A stretch of DNA of 64,000 nt from Candidatus Latescibacterota bacterium (GTDB lineage: Bacteria > Latescibacterota > UBA2968). Shown here in pieces: positions 49,913 to 59,091 of the stretch. A program made the position numbers and the translations under genes. The stretch's first letter is position 1, and the number at the start of each line of letters is the position of its first letter. The notes under the pieces were generated by a model, which saw only the letters and a list, made by a program, of their open reading frames with translations, did no database searches and was not told where the DNA came from. Location: assembly GCA_965207885.1 (NCBI GenBank), contig OZ242311.1, positions 4,128,001 through 4,192,000 on the forward strand. Reading direction: 5' to 3'.

Positions 49913-50881
49913 GTAAATGTCAATCACTCAGGCGCGCCACAATTCACCGTAGATATTAACTTCAAAATCGGACATTCTATTGATAAATTTCCGACCTGCA
50001 AAAATCATAAGTCTCTATAATACGACTTATAGAATTGTCATTTTTTTTGAAACTTTATACGGGACAAAGCGTGAGAAACGGAACAGAGGCAGATGGCAAA
50101 GTTGACAGACAAGCCCTATCGCGCCTTTCCTACCATATCAGCAGCGTTGTCGTTTTTTTCGTATCCTTTCGGGAGGGAATTGCCACGATCAATAGTGTGA
50201 ACGGTTTTCTTTAAGCTGTTGACAAACAAATATTTATGCAACTTGGAATTCGGAGTCTGTAAGTTGTCCAGACAAATCCTTACAAATCCAATTTGCAAAA
50301 TTATTCACACGGTTGGTCATGGCACTTTCTCTCAAATTCTTTCCCTTCGCGCTCGGCTTCACCAGTCTGCTGAGCCGGATATCCTCGTTTTACCCGCGGT
50401 CGCTTTCCCCCCAGACCAGCAGCTTTTCCCCTTCTCTGGATCTGGATAGTTCTGAAAGCGATCGAGCAGTATCCTCTCTCGATGTACCTCCCGATCACGC
50501 TGTTTTCCTTCATATTTCTCGCATAGATATTCCAGGCATGTACCACATGGACTTGTCTCGTAATGACGCTACACGGGACAGGTCTATGCGGTATATCAGC
50601 GGTATTTCTGCGTGTATTGAATCCGATGTAACTCAGTGCATCGTGGCAAGAAGCGCATATCGATTTTGCTGTCGTCATTGCGAAGTAATCCACAGGTGAA
50701 CCTGCCTGGACTCCTGACTCCGCAGAGCCTGCCCTTGCATGCTTTAAGCAAGGGAATGACGGCAATCGATATGAAATACGCCCTGATGTAACTCAGAGTG
50801 TTTGCAAAGGATCTGATGCAGGCGATGTATTGCCCAATGCCCGGTCTCTTTCACAGCGAAATTCAACAATGCGGGGAATAT

Positions 50882-51610
50882 ATGGACAAGCAGAAAATTC
50901 TGATTGTAGATCATGAGCCACATGTAATCTCAGCACTTGAAAGGTTCCTGAGAGACAAATCGTATGAAATATTCACTGCTGAAAATGGGCACAAAAGCCT
51001 TGAAATTTTGCACAAGGAGAAAATTGACCTCGCTGTAGTTGAGGCACAGGTAGAGGATATGGATGGGATAACACTGCTGACGCATGTGCAGGCAGAGAAA
51101 ATTCAGACAGCTATACTGATCATGACGAGTTTGGGATCCGCAGAATTGGGCGAGCAACTGATCAAGGCCGGTGCTGTGAGTGTACTTGATAAACCCATAG
51201 CAAGGGATAGATTTTTGACCAAAGTAAAAAGATATATGCCATCACAGTATATGTGGAAAGACCGATTGGAATCATTTCTGGAAGACAATTACACCAATCC
51301 AGACCTGAAATTTGAAGACATCATGCACTATTTCAGGTTCTCTAAGACCTATGGATATGCATTGTTCAAAAAATATTTTGGCGAATCATTCAGGATGTGC
51401 CTGCGGAATGTGCGCCTGACAAAGGCTGAAGAAGCGTTAAAGAACACATCGGACTCCATTTCAGAAATAGCCTATCAGTGTGGCTTTGCGTACTTATCGA
51501 CATTTAGCAGAGTTTTCAAAGCGACGTATGGAAATAACCCAACCACATATCGGAAATTCCATTTCAGAAACTACTTATCTATGTGGTTTTACGTCCTTAT
51601 CGACTTTTAA
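50882..51610 (+). CDS. Receiver + AraC HTH regulator (atypical receiver)
   Basis: KILIVDHE receiver start; C-terminal RL.KA...L...SISEIAYQCGF...STFSRVFK..YG..P..YR. Confidence 0.85.
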   Translation: MDKQKILIVDHEPHVISALERFLRDKSYEIFTAENGHKSLEILHKEKIDLAVVEAQVEDMDGITLLTHVQAEKIQTAILIMTSLGSAELGEQLIKAGAVSVLDKPIARDRFLTKVKRYMPSQYMWKDRLESFLEDNYTNPDLKFEDIMHYFRFSKTYGYALFKKYFGESFRMCLRNVRLTKAEEALKNTSDSISEIAYQCGFAYLSTFSRVFKATYGNNPTTYRKFHFRNYLSMWFYVLIDF

Positions 51611-51760
51611 CAAGGTTTCAATGGAAATAATCCGATCTCATAAGAAAAAAATGGAAACTGGAACAAATTTTGAACATTAGGACAAATTTTACAACTTGAT
51701 TCTCTCTAATTTGGAGCAATATATTTTTATAATGCAAAATCTGCTCAAACGGCTGCTGCC

Positions 51761-52174
51761 GTGAGTGTATTTGATAAACCAATAGAGAGAGACCAATTCT
51801 TGGCCAGAGTTAAGAGATATATGCTTCCACAGGATATGTGGAAGAACCAATTGGAATCATTTCTGGAAGACAATTACACCAATCCAGACCTGAAATTTGA
51901 AGACATCATGCACTATTTCAGGTTCTCTAAGACCTATGGATATGCATTGTTCAAAAAATATTTTGGCGAATCATTCAGGATGTGCCTGCGGAATGTGCGC
52001 CTGACAAAGGCTGAAGAAGCGTTAAAGAACACATCGGACTCCATTTCAGAAATAGCCTATCAGTGTGGCTTTGCGTACTTATCGACATTTAGCAGAGTTT
52101 TCAAAGCGACATATGGGGAAAATCCAACGACATATCGCAGAAAATGGAAACTGGAACAAATTTCGAAACAGTAG
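51761..52174 (+). pseudogene. Truncated paralog of the AraC regulator (receiver mostly lost)
   Basis: 261 bp (51850-52110) identical to 51265-51525; only the end of the receiver is retained. Confidence 0.7.
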
Positions 52175-52276
52175 GACAAATTTGCAATTGAGATAGCACT
52201 TATCGCCCTCTAATAAGGGCCATATATTGCCCTAATGAGGGGTAAGCAAATCAGGTGAGATGCTTGATTACAACTT

Positions 52277-52675
52277 TCACGTACCAAACAAACGGTCAAT
52301 TTCATCCTGAGCTTTTCGCAATACCTTGTGACACCAAAGGGTCAGATGTAGCTTGCGGCCTGGAGGGGGCGGCTGGTCTGCTTCCCGAACGGTTACCCGC
52401 AATGCTTCTCTAAATTCTTCTGGCAATTGCTCCAATTCTGACGATAGGAGAGCGGTACTGCTGGCCTTCTGTTTTTTGACGTAAATGGCTCCTTCACCGG
52501 TCAATACCCAGTTGATATTGATTCCTCTATATGCCAGAGAGGTCAAAAAGTTAGCAGAAGGGGGTCGCCCTTTTTCATATCGATGGATATTTTGCGGGGT
52601 TGTCTGGTGTTCTCTTGCAAATTGGGTAAGGGTTTTTTGCCCGCGTAATAATGCGATGCGTTTAGCTACAGACAT
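52277..52675 (-). CDS. XRE/CI-like HTH regulator
   Basis: LTQFAR...PQNIHRYEKG.PP...INWVLTGEG. Confidence 0.75.
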   Translation of the reverse strand: MSVAKRIALLRGQKTLTQFAREHQTTPQNIHRYEKGRPPSANFLTSLAYRGININWVLTGEGAIYVKKQKASSTALLSSELEQLPEEFREALRVTVREADQPPPPGRKLHLTLWCHKVLRKAQDEIDRLFGT

Positions 52676-52799
52676 ATTTAACCGATAGGTAAAAAATACT
52701 TGACTTTAACCAAAACGGAGTTACCATAAAGTACAAATCAGGTATAGATCTTGCGCTTTATACCACTCCTCGTCCTGATGGGGATCTGAACTTATATAA

Positions 52800-52815
52800 T
52801 GCAAAAAGCGTGCCA
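52800..52815 (-). promoter_or_regulatory. Sigma54 (-24/-12) promoter
   Basis: Minus strand reads TGGCAC-GCTTT-TTGCA, matching consensus TGGCAC-N5-TTGCW. Confidence 0.65.
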
Positions 52816-53123
52816 ATGTGTGAATTGATCCAGACAATGATACTCGTAAGGATAAACGCAGGCGTCTATTGAGTGCGCCTGTGTGACGGCGGAGGGCCTG
52901 TATTGGGTTGGCAAACCTGTGGCCCTCCCGCCGCAGAATACATACAGAGACAGTTACGGTTTGGTAGTCGTAACTTGCTCTATTTGAAAATGTAAAGTTT
53001 TACAACCACTAAATCAAGTTGCATTTCTATCCAGAAGAGAGGGTAGAAGATGCCACACAAATCCTGTTGATTTTTCTCGCAGTCAGTCAAGCAGGGCTTG
53101 ATTTTTCACATAAAGGAGGAGGT

Positions 53124-55307
53124 ATGAGACGTTACTATTTGCAATCCGGGTTATGGATGGGTGTGATAGCAGTGCTGATTTTAGGAGGCCTGTACGTTGC
53201 GGCCGACCTCAATGCGACCGATAGGCCCTCAAATGCCTTAAATAGCGAAGACGGATTCTGGAGTGGTCCTGGCTTTGCGTCAGGTAAGATGTCAGGTCGA
53301 AGCACAAAAATTGCACTTGGTCCCAATGCCAATGCCACAGTGTCGATAGATCTGATTGCGGATGGTGGGGCAGGTAATCAGATGGACGACGGCGTTACAT
53401 CGGGAACCGTGTCTGGACAGGGCACAAAAATTGCCGTTGAGGTTTTCGCCAGGGGCGTGACCACATCGCTGATTGGTGTGCAGATTACATTTGATTTTAA
53501 AGCTGAAGAGTTAAAGCTCGATAAGGTCGAGAATAGTGCGTTTCTGTTTGCTATTCCAGAACCGACGGGCGTAAGTTTTGCAGCGACCGCGCCTGTTACA
53601 CTGCCGGCGTCCGGTTTTATTGGACGCGCTGAGTTTTCTACTGTCGCGGATGTTACAGGTCAGGAGTTTACGCTTGGCATTAAGGCGGTTACGCTTGCTG
53701 AAAGCGCGGCGTCAAGCGATGTTGTCACAACAACAGATGTAATCTCGTTTAATGCTACCTCTTCCCCCGACTTTGACGGCGATGGGACGGTTGGCTTTTC
53801 CGACTTTTTGCAATTTGCAGGCCAGTACGGGGCACGTCAAGGTGATGGGCAGTACGAAGCAAGGTATGATCTGGATAGCGATGGCGCGATCTCATTTAGC
53901 GATTTTCTGGCTTTTGCGAGTAGTTATGGCACACAGGTTTCACCCTCTGGTAGCGGCGGTGGTGGCGGTGGTGGCAGTACGGGGATAGTTGACATTCCAG
54001 ATGCAAACCTTCGTGCGGTGATCGCAGACAGTCTGGGCAAGTCGAGTGGTGCATCGATTACCCGGGCAGAGATGGCGACCTTGACAAGCATTCGTGCGCC
54101 CAATAAGGGCATTCGCAATCTGACAGGGCTTGAGCATGCAACCAATTTGCAAGAGCTGCGGCTTGGTTATGTGCAGGTGAATAATAGGCCGGTCAACAGC
54201 AACGATATCTCTAATCTCTCGCCTCTTTCCAACTTGACAAACCTGGAAAGGCTGTCTCTTGACTTTAACAGCATCTCTGATATATCCGCGCTGTCCAACT
54301 TGACAAACCTGGAAAGGCTGTATCTTTGGAACAACAGTATCTCCGATATATCCGCGCTGTCCAACTTGACCAATCTGACATACCTCGATCTTGACAACAA
54401 CAGCATCTCTGATATATCCGCGCTGTCCAACTTGACAAACCTGGAAAGGCTGTCTCTTAGCAACAACAGTATCTCTGATATATCCGCGCTGTCCAACTTG
54501 ACAAACCTGGAAGTGATGTCTCTTAGCAACAACAGTATCTCTGATATATCCGCGCTGTCCAACTTGACAAACCTGGAAGTGATGTCTCTTCGCAACAACA
54601 GTATCTCTGATATATCCGCGCTGTCCAACTTGACAAACCTGGAAATTCTGTATCTTTGGAACAACAGTATCTCTGATATATCCGCGCTGTCCAACTTGAC
54701 AAACCTGGAAATTCTGTATCTTTGGAACAACAGTATCTCTGATATATCCGCGCTGTCCAACTTGACAAACCTGGAAGTGATGTCTCTTCGCAACAACAGT
54801 ATCTCTGATATATCCGCGCTGTCCAACTTGACAAACCTGGAAGTGATGTCTCTTAGCTCCAACAGTATCTCGTCTATATCCGCGCTGTCCAACTTGACAA
54901 ACCTGGAAATTCTGTATCTTACCTCCAACAGTATCTCTGATATTTCGCCATTAGTGGCAAATACGGGATTGGGCAGTGGTGACGAAGTTTATTTGAAAAG
55001 CAATCCGTTGAGCAGTACATCCATCAATACGCACATTCCAACCCTTCAGCGCAGAGGCGTTACAGTAGAATTTGACAGTAGCGGTGGAAGTAGCCAAACA
55101 TGCACTGTAGGATTGACACTGAATCCAGGAGACGGATGCAGTGGTTCTACTTACAGTCTTCAAAACGATTCCGGTGTTTTGGTCTTGGATGGTAATATTG
55201 GTGGCCTCAGGATGGGCAATACGCGCATTTCTGGGAACAATGTCAACTTGAACGGACTAATTTTGACCAGAAGTGGCAATGTCTGGACCATTGTTAGCCT
55301 ACCCTAA
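53124..55307 (+). CDS. Exported cohesin-like + dockerin-like EF-hand + internalin-like LRR protein
   Basis: AGGAGG RBS and signal sequence; beta-sandwich; DFDGDGTVGFSDFL / YDLDSDGAISFSDFL; IPDANLR cap, 22-aa LRRs, NPLS cap. Confidence 0.85.
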   Translation: MRRYYLQSGLWMGVIAVLILGGLYVAADLNATDRPSNALNSEDGFWSGPGFASGKMSGRSTKIALGPNANATVSIDLIADGGAGNQMDDGVTSGTVSGQGTKIAVEVFARGVTTSLIGVQITFDFKAEELKLDKVENSAFLFAIPEPTGVSFAATAPVTLPASGFIGRAEFSTVADVTGQEFTLGIKAVTLAESAASSDVVTTTDVISFNATSSPDFDGDGTVGFSDFLQFAGQYGARQGDGQYEARYDLDSDGAISFSDFLAFASSYGTQVSPSGSGGGGGGGSTGIVDIPDANLRAVIADSLGKSSGASITRAEMATLTSIRAPNKGIRNLTGLEHATNLQELRLGYVQVNNRPVNSNDISNLSPLSNLTNLERLSLDFNSISDISALSNLTNLERLYLWNNSISDISALSNLTNLTYLDLDNNSISDISALSNLTNLERLSLSNNSISDISALSNLTNLEVMSLSNNSISDISALSNLTNLEVMSLRNNSISDISALSNLTNLEILYLWNNSISDISALSNLTNLEILYLWNNSISDISALSNLTNLEVMSLRNNSISDISALSNLTNLEVMSLSSNSISSISALSNLTNLEILYLTSNSISDISPLVANTGLGSGDEVYLKSNPLSSTSINTHIPTLQRRGVTVEFDSSGGSSQTCTVGLTLNPGDGCSGSTYSLQNDSGVLVLDGNIGGLRMGNTRISGNNVNLNGLILTRSGNVWTIVSLP
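54200..54950 (+). repeat. 66-bp in-frame tandem repeat (11 LRR units plus a partial unit)
   Basis: Constant AACAGTATCTCTGATATATCCGCGCTGTCCAACTTGACAAACCTG plus a variable segment. Confidence 0.9.
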
Positions 55308-55407
55308 GTAGTAGATCAATACACTGTGTGATATCCGTTTTTAAGGCAGGTAAATCGCAAATTTTCAGAACTGTTCCATAGAATATTTTTCAACAGGAGG
55401 AAGTGTT

Positions 55408-56214
55408 ATGAAGCGTTTAATTCTTACGACATGTTTGGGACTGGGGTTGGTTGGCTCGGTCATTGCTGGCCCTTTGACGCAGGGGATAGAATTTACAGGT
55501 GGTGAAAATAGCCTATCAAGTCTGGTGCTGCAGCGCACGCAAAATATTGTTGCAGAAGATGGTGTTTTGCAGTTGCAGGTCGCGATTAATCACGCGCAGA
55601 AATTGAAGGGCTATGGCTTTGTGCTTCAATACGATCAATCAAAGTACGAGTTTGTCGAAGCACGTCAGGTCGATCACAATCTGCTCGATGCGAACAGCGG
55701 GCAACCCGCGCTTTTTCTCGCGTCTAATAAGACGCCCGGGCAAGTGGCTGTTGGCGCAATGAAGGTCGATGGTCAGGCTGTCAGTGGCGATGGTGCTCTG
55801 GTTGAGTTTGTGTTTAGAACCACACACACACCCCTTGCCTCTGATTTTCAGATTCTCGACGGCGTGATGGTCGATTTGGCCGGTGGTATTGATGCGATTA
55901 CCAATATTGAAATTGGTGCCCTTGAGCCGCTGCCCACAGATTATGCCCTTGAACAAAATGTCCCCAATCCTTTTAACCCGTCCACGACGATTGCATATCG
56001 GTTGCCCGAAGCCGGTGACGTCCAAATAGTGATCTACAACCTGCTGGGGCAGGAAGTCCGCACTCTGATTCAAGAGACCATGGATGCGGGTTTTCACTCG
56101 GTCGTTTGGGATGGCACAGATGAGTTTGGCAAGCAAGTGGCCAGTGGGATTTACATTTATCGCCTGAGTGTGGGCGATTTTACCCAGGTTCAGCGTATGA
56201 TGTTGTTGAAGTAA
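55408..56214 (+). CDS. Exported cohesin-like domain + FlgD/T9SS-type C-terminal domain protein
   Basis: GYGFVLQYD...SGDGALVEFVF beta-sandwich; LEQNVPNPFNPST...IYNLLGQ.VR.L...WDG...VASGIYIY...MMLLK. Confidence 0.8.
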   Translation: MKRLILTTCLGLGLVGSVIAGPLTQGIEFTGGENSLSSLVLQRTQNIVAEDGVLQLQVAINHAQKLKGYGFVLQYDQSKYEFVEARQVDHNLLDANSGQPALFLASNKTPGQVAVGAMKVDGQAVSGDGALVEFVFRTTHTPLASDFQILDGVMVDLAGGIDAITNIEIGALEPLPTDYALEQNVPNPFNPSTTIAYRLPEAGDVQIVIYNLLGQEVRTLIQETMDAGFHSVVWDGTDEFGKQVASGIYIYRLSVGDFTQVQRMMLLK

Positions 56215-56236
56215 TGGCAAATGAGGAGATGATAAC

Positions 56237-57649
56237 ATGTCCTATCAAAAGTGTTTGAAATATATAACCTTCCTCACGCTGGTGCTGCTGGTATTTGTCT
56301 GTGAACAAACGATGGGTTCCAGTATGGATAAGGATGCTACGACAACACTTGCGGTTACATCCCATACCGATGGAGAGGACACCGCGTCTCTTCCCGACTT
56401 CGACGACGATGGGACAGTCGGTGTCTCCGATTTTCTGATCTTTACGCGCGTGTTTGGGTCAAGTCAAGGTGATGGGAAATACGAAGCCCGATATGATCTG
56501 GATGCGGATGGCAAAATTGGACTTTCCGACTTTTTTATCTTTATTCAGCACTTCGGGAAACAGGTACCTTCTGATGGCGGTGATGGTGGTGGGAGTAGCA
56601 CTAACCCTCGCACGGTGCGGATGATCTACTTCTTGCCCAATGACCGGCCGTATCGCGCCGAGGTGGTGCGTTGGATGAAAGAAGATATTCGCAATGTTCA
56701 AACCTTCTTTGCCGAGCAGATGCAGGCGCACGGTTACGGCAACATGTCCTTCCGCTTTGAAACCGATACACAGGGTGAGCCGTTGGTGCATCGCGTCGAC
56801 GCACAATACCCTGAGAGTCACTATTACTCAACGGTAGACAACCAGAGAGTCTGGCAGTATCGACACTTTGACGAATTGGAACAGGTGTTTGATTTTTATC
56901 GGAATACTTATGTCATCTATAGTGATACTGACCTTTCTTGGGGGGGTAGTATAACTGGGGGCTACACTTGGAAAGAGACCGGCTGGGTAGATTATCGTAA
57001 ATTGCGTTATACGGGCTGGCCGGACTGGAAAACTTTGGCCCATGAATTAGGACACGCCTTCGGCCTCGCACACGACTTCCGCGATGGTGCCTACCTCATG
57101 TCCTACGGTGGGCCGAGCCAATTCCCGGATGCAGAGAAGCCTGACAGAATCTCCGCGTGCGCTGCGAAGCTTCTGTCCGTACATCCCTCCTTCAATTCCG
57201 ATATCCCAATTGGAGAGTTGTCCCCAGCTACCATCGAACAACAGCGCAGCTCGTCTATTCTTGAAAAAAACCATCCACCGGTCGATCTTCAAGACTTTTC
57301 CCCACCCACCATCGAAATCCTTTCCCCAACTGAATACCCGGCCGGCTCAAGAAACGTTTTCATCAAGTTCCAAATCAGCGATTCAGACGGACTTCATCAA
57401 GTTTTATTGTATACTACCCCAGGCATTGGGGTCCCTTGGGCAACCGGGGGCTTGAGGGAATGTCGTGTATTAGAGAGTGAGATAAATATTGTCGTTGAGT
57501 TTGATTACGACGGGTCGTTGCCTCTTGCGGATCCTTCTTTTTTGGGCACAAAATCGAGCCTGATCAACCCTCTTCATTTGATTTTGGTCAGGGTAGTTGA
57601 TAGGGATGGGAACTCGCGTTTTATGCAGTTTAGCCTTACGAAAGCCTGA
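56237..57649 (+). CDS. Exported dockerin-like EF-hand + zinc metallopeptidase
   Basis: DFDDDGTVGVSDFL / YDLDADGKIGLSDF; HELGHAFGLAH with downstream LMSY Met-turn. Confidence 0.8.
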   Translation: MSYQKCLKYITFLTLVLLVFVCEQTMGSSMDKDATTTLAVTSHTDGEDTASLPDFDDDGTVGVSDFLIFTRVFGSSQGDGKYEARYDLDADGKIGLSDFFIFIQHFGKQVPSDGGDGGGSSTNPRTVRMIYFLPNDRPYRAEVVRWMKEDIRNVQTFFAEQMQAHGYGNMSFRFETDTQGEPLVHRVDAQYPESHYYSTVDNQRVWQYRHFDELEQVFDFYRNTYVIYSDTDLSWGGSITGGYTWKETGWVDYRKLRYTGWPDWKTLAHELGHAFGLAHDFRDGAYLMSYGGPSQFPDAEKPDRISACAAKLLSVHPSFNSDIPIGELSPATIEQQRSSSILEKNHPPVDLQDFSPPTIEILSPTEYPAGSRNVFIKFQISDSDGLHQVLLYTTPGIGVPWATGGLRECRVLESEINIVVEFDYDGSLPLADPSFLGTKSSLINPLHLILVRVVDRDGNSRFMQFSLTKA

Positions 57650-58214
57650 TCCGCAAAAGCCAGGTCGATTCAGGTTATTGACCCGTAGAAACGCACCCTG
57701 ATCAACTGAGTCAGAAAAATTTTCGTGCAGCCGTTATTCTGCTAATTAGTGAGGATTACCCTACGGACACAAGAATGCTGGACCTGCTATCCGAAGACGT
57801 ATCTTTTATGAGCCATGCGGGTTACGATCAAAACGACGAGTTTTACAATTTTTACGAGGCAACCGGTGGCCGGGCTACAATCACCATGGACGGCCTGTCG
57901 AATTTCAGACGCCAAGGTGCCGGAAAGAGACTGGTGCCGAGTTCGTATGGAACGCCACCACCCATCGTAGAATGCGAGATTGACCACCCTGGGCTATTGC
58001 AGCCTCATATTCATTAGCATGTCGCCAGCCATATCGTTTTTAGCCCGACTAATTCACGAATTTGCCAAAAATTTCCATAATTTTATTTTTTACAACCAGT
58101 TATACAATTTAGTCCAAAAATCTTTGTTTCGATGCAATAAATGGCAAGTCCAGTATTTACGCCAATTTCTCAGATTTTATGAATTATCCGGATTAGCAAT
58201 TAGGAGGATTTCCA

Positions 58215-58952
58215 ATGTTACCCAAATTGAGTTTATTAAGGTTCTCCGCATCCTTCATAAGCGTCATGGCCGGGACGGCTATTTTGATTTCCAGTCCCCT
58301 ATTTGGTCAGAGCATCGGAGATACACCGCCAGTCAATCCGGAACGCGGGACGGCTCAGAACGGCCAGAACAATGCCAAAGGCGAAGCCTTCGCATATCTC
58401 AGTCTTGCCGACCCCGTGGGCGAGTTCCAGAACCATGTGAACTGGGGCTATGGAGTCGGGTTCGGCGGCCTGCTGTTCCTGGGCCAATACAGACTCTGGG
58501 GGCTGCGCGCCGAGGCAACCTATGTCGCGTACGGTCGAGAGTCCAGTTCCTCCAGATCCTTAGGATCCCTCATCTCCACGGATGTCAAAACCACCTACTC
58601 CATATTTTCTGCAGGATTGGGGCCGCAATTCTGCCTGGGGAGTGGGCCGATCAGGCCGTACCTCTATGGGACTATCGGCTTCTCCGTCTTCAGCACCAGG
58701 ACGGAGGAAGACATGGACTTCCTTTTTATAGATATAGATGACGATGAAACATTCGATACCAACGACTTCCAGATAGCTTTCACCGGGGGCGGTGGACTCT
58801 CCGTGGAGGTGCGGTCAATACTCATAGATCTGTCCGTCTCCTACCAACACAACGGACTGACGAAGTACCTGACCGAGAGAGTTGACCACCCCATCCACAG
58901 CCAGGCGAATCTCATATACTACCGGGTAGGGATCAGCGTCCCCATCCCTTGA
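58215..58952 (+). CDS. Outer-membrane beta-barrel protein
   Basis: Signal peptide, alternating strands, RPYL, terminal RVGIS; AGGAGG RBS. Confidence 0.65.
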   Translation: MLPKLSLLRFSASFISVMAGTAILISSPLFGQSIGDTPPVNPERGTAQNGQNNAKGEAFAYLSLADPVGEFQNHVNWGYGVGFGGLLFLGQYRLWGLRAEATYVAYGRESSSSRSLGSLISTDVKTTYSIFSAGLGPQFCLGSGPIRPYLYGTIGFSVFSTRTEEDMDFLFIDIDDDETFDTNDFQIAFTGGGGLSVEVRSILIDLSVSYQHNGLTKYLTERVDHPIHSQANLIYYRVGISVPIP

Positions 58953-59091
58953 ATGGACTTGACCCGTTTCGGTGCGTACCCTCTCAGTAGTTAGAAAGGG
59001 GACTGACGCGACCTTCAGCAAATCTTCGCGTTAGTCAAAGTGCACCAGGCACTTTAGCATCCAAAGCGGGGTAAGTCAAGGAGCTATGGAG

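Noticed and set aside
51265-52110. Duplicated tract as a DGR template/variable repeat
   Set aside because: Copies are identical with no adenine-specific differences, and no reverse transcriptase is present.
52277-52675. CI-like repressor as a prophage marker
   Set aside because: No phage structural, replication or integrase genes nearby.
54167-54928. 253-aa repetitive minus-strand ORF
   Set aside because: Reverse-strand reading of the LRR repeat.
54200-54950. Regular repeat-plus-variable pattern as a CRISPR array
   Set aside because: Period is exactly 66 bp and in frame within an LRR gene; the variable parts recur rather than being unique; no cas genes.
57775-58741. ORFs 57775..58017 and 57980..58741
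   Set aside because: No recognisable motifs; the longer one overlaps the better-supported 58215..58952 gene in another frame.
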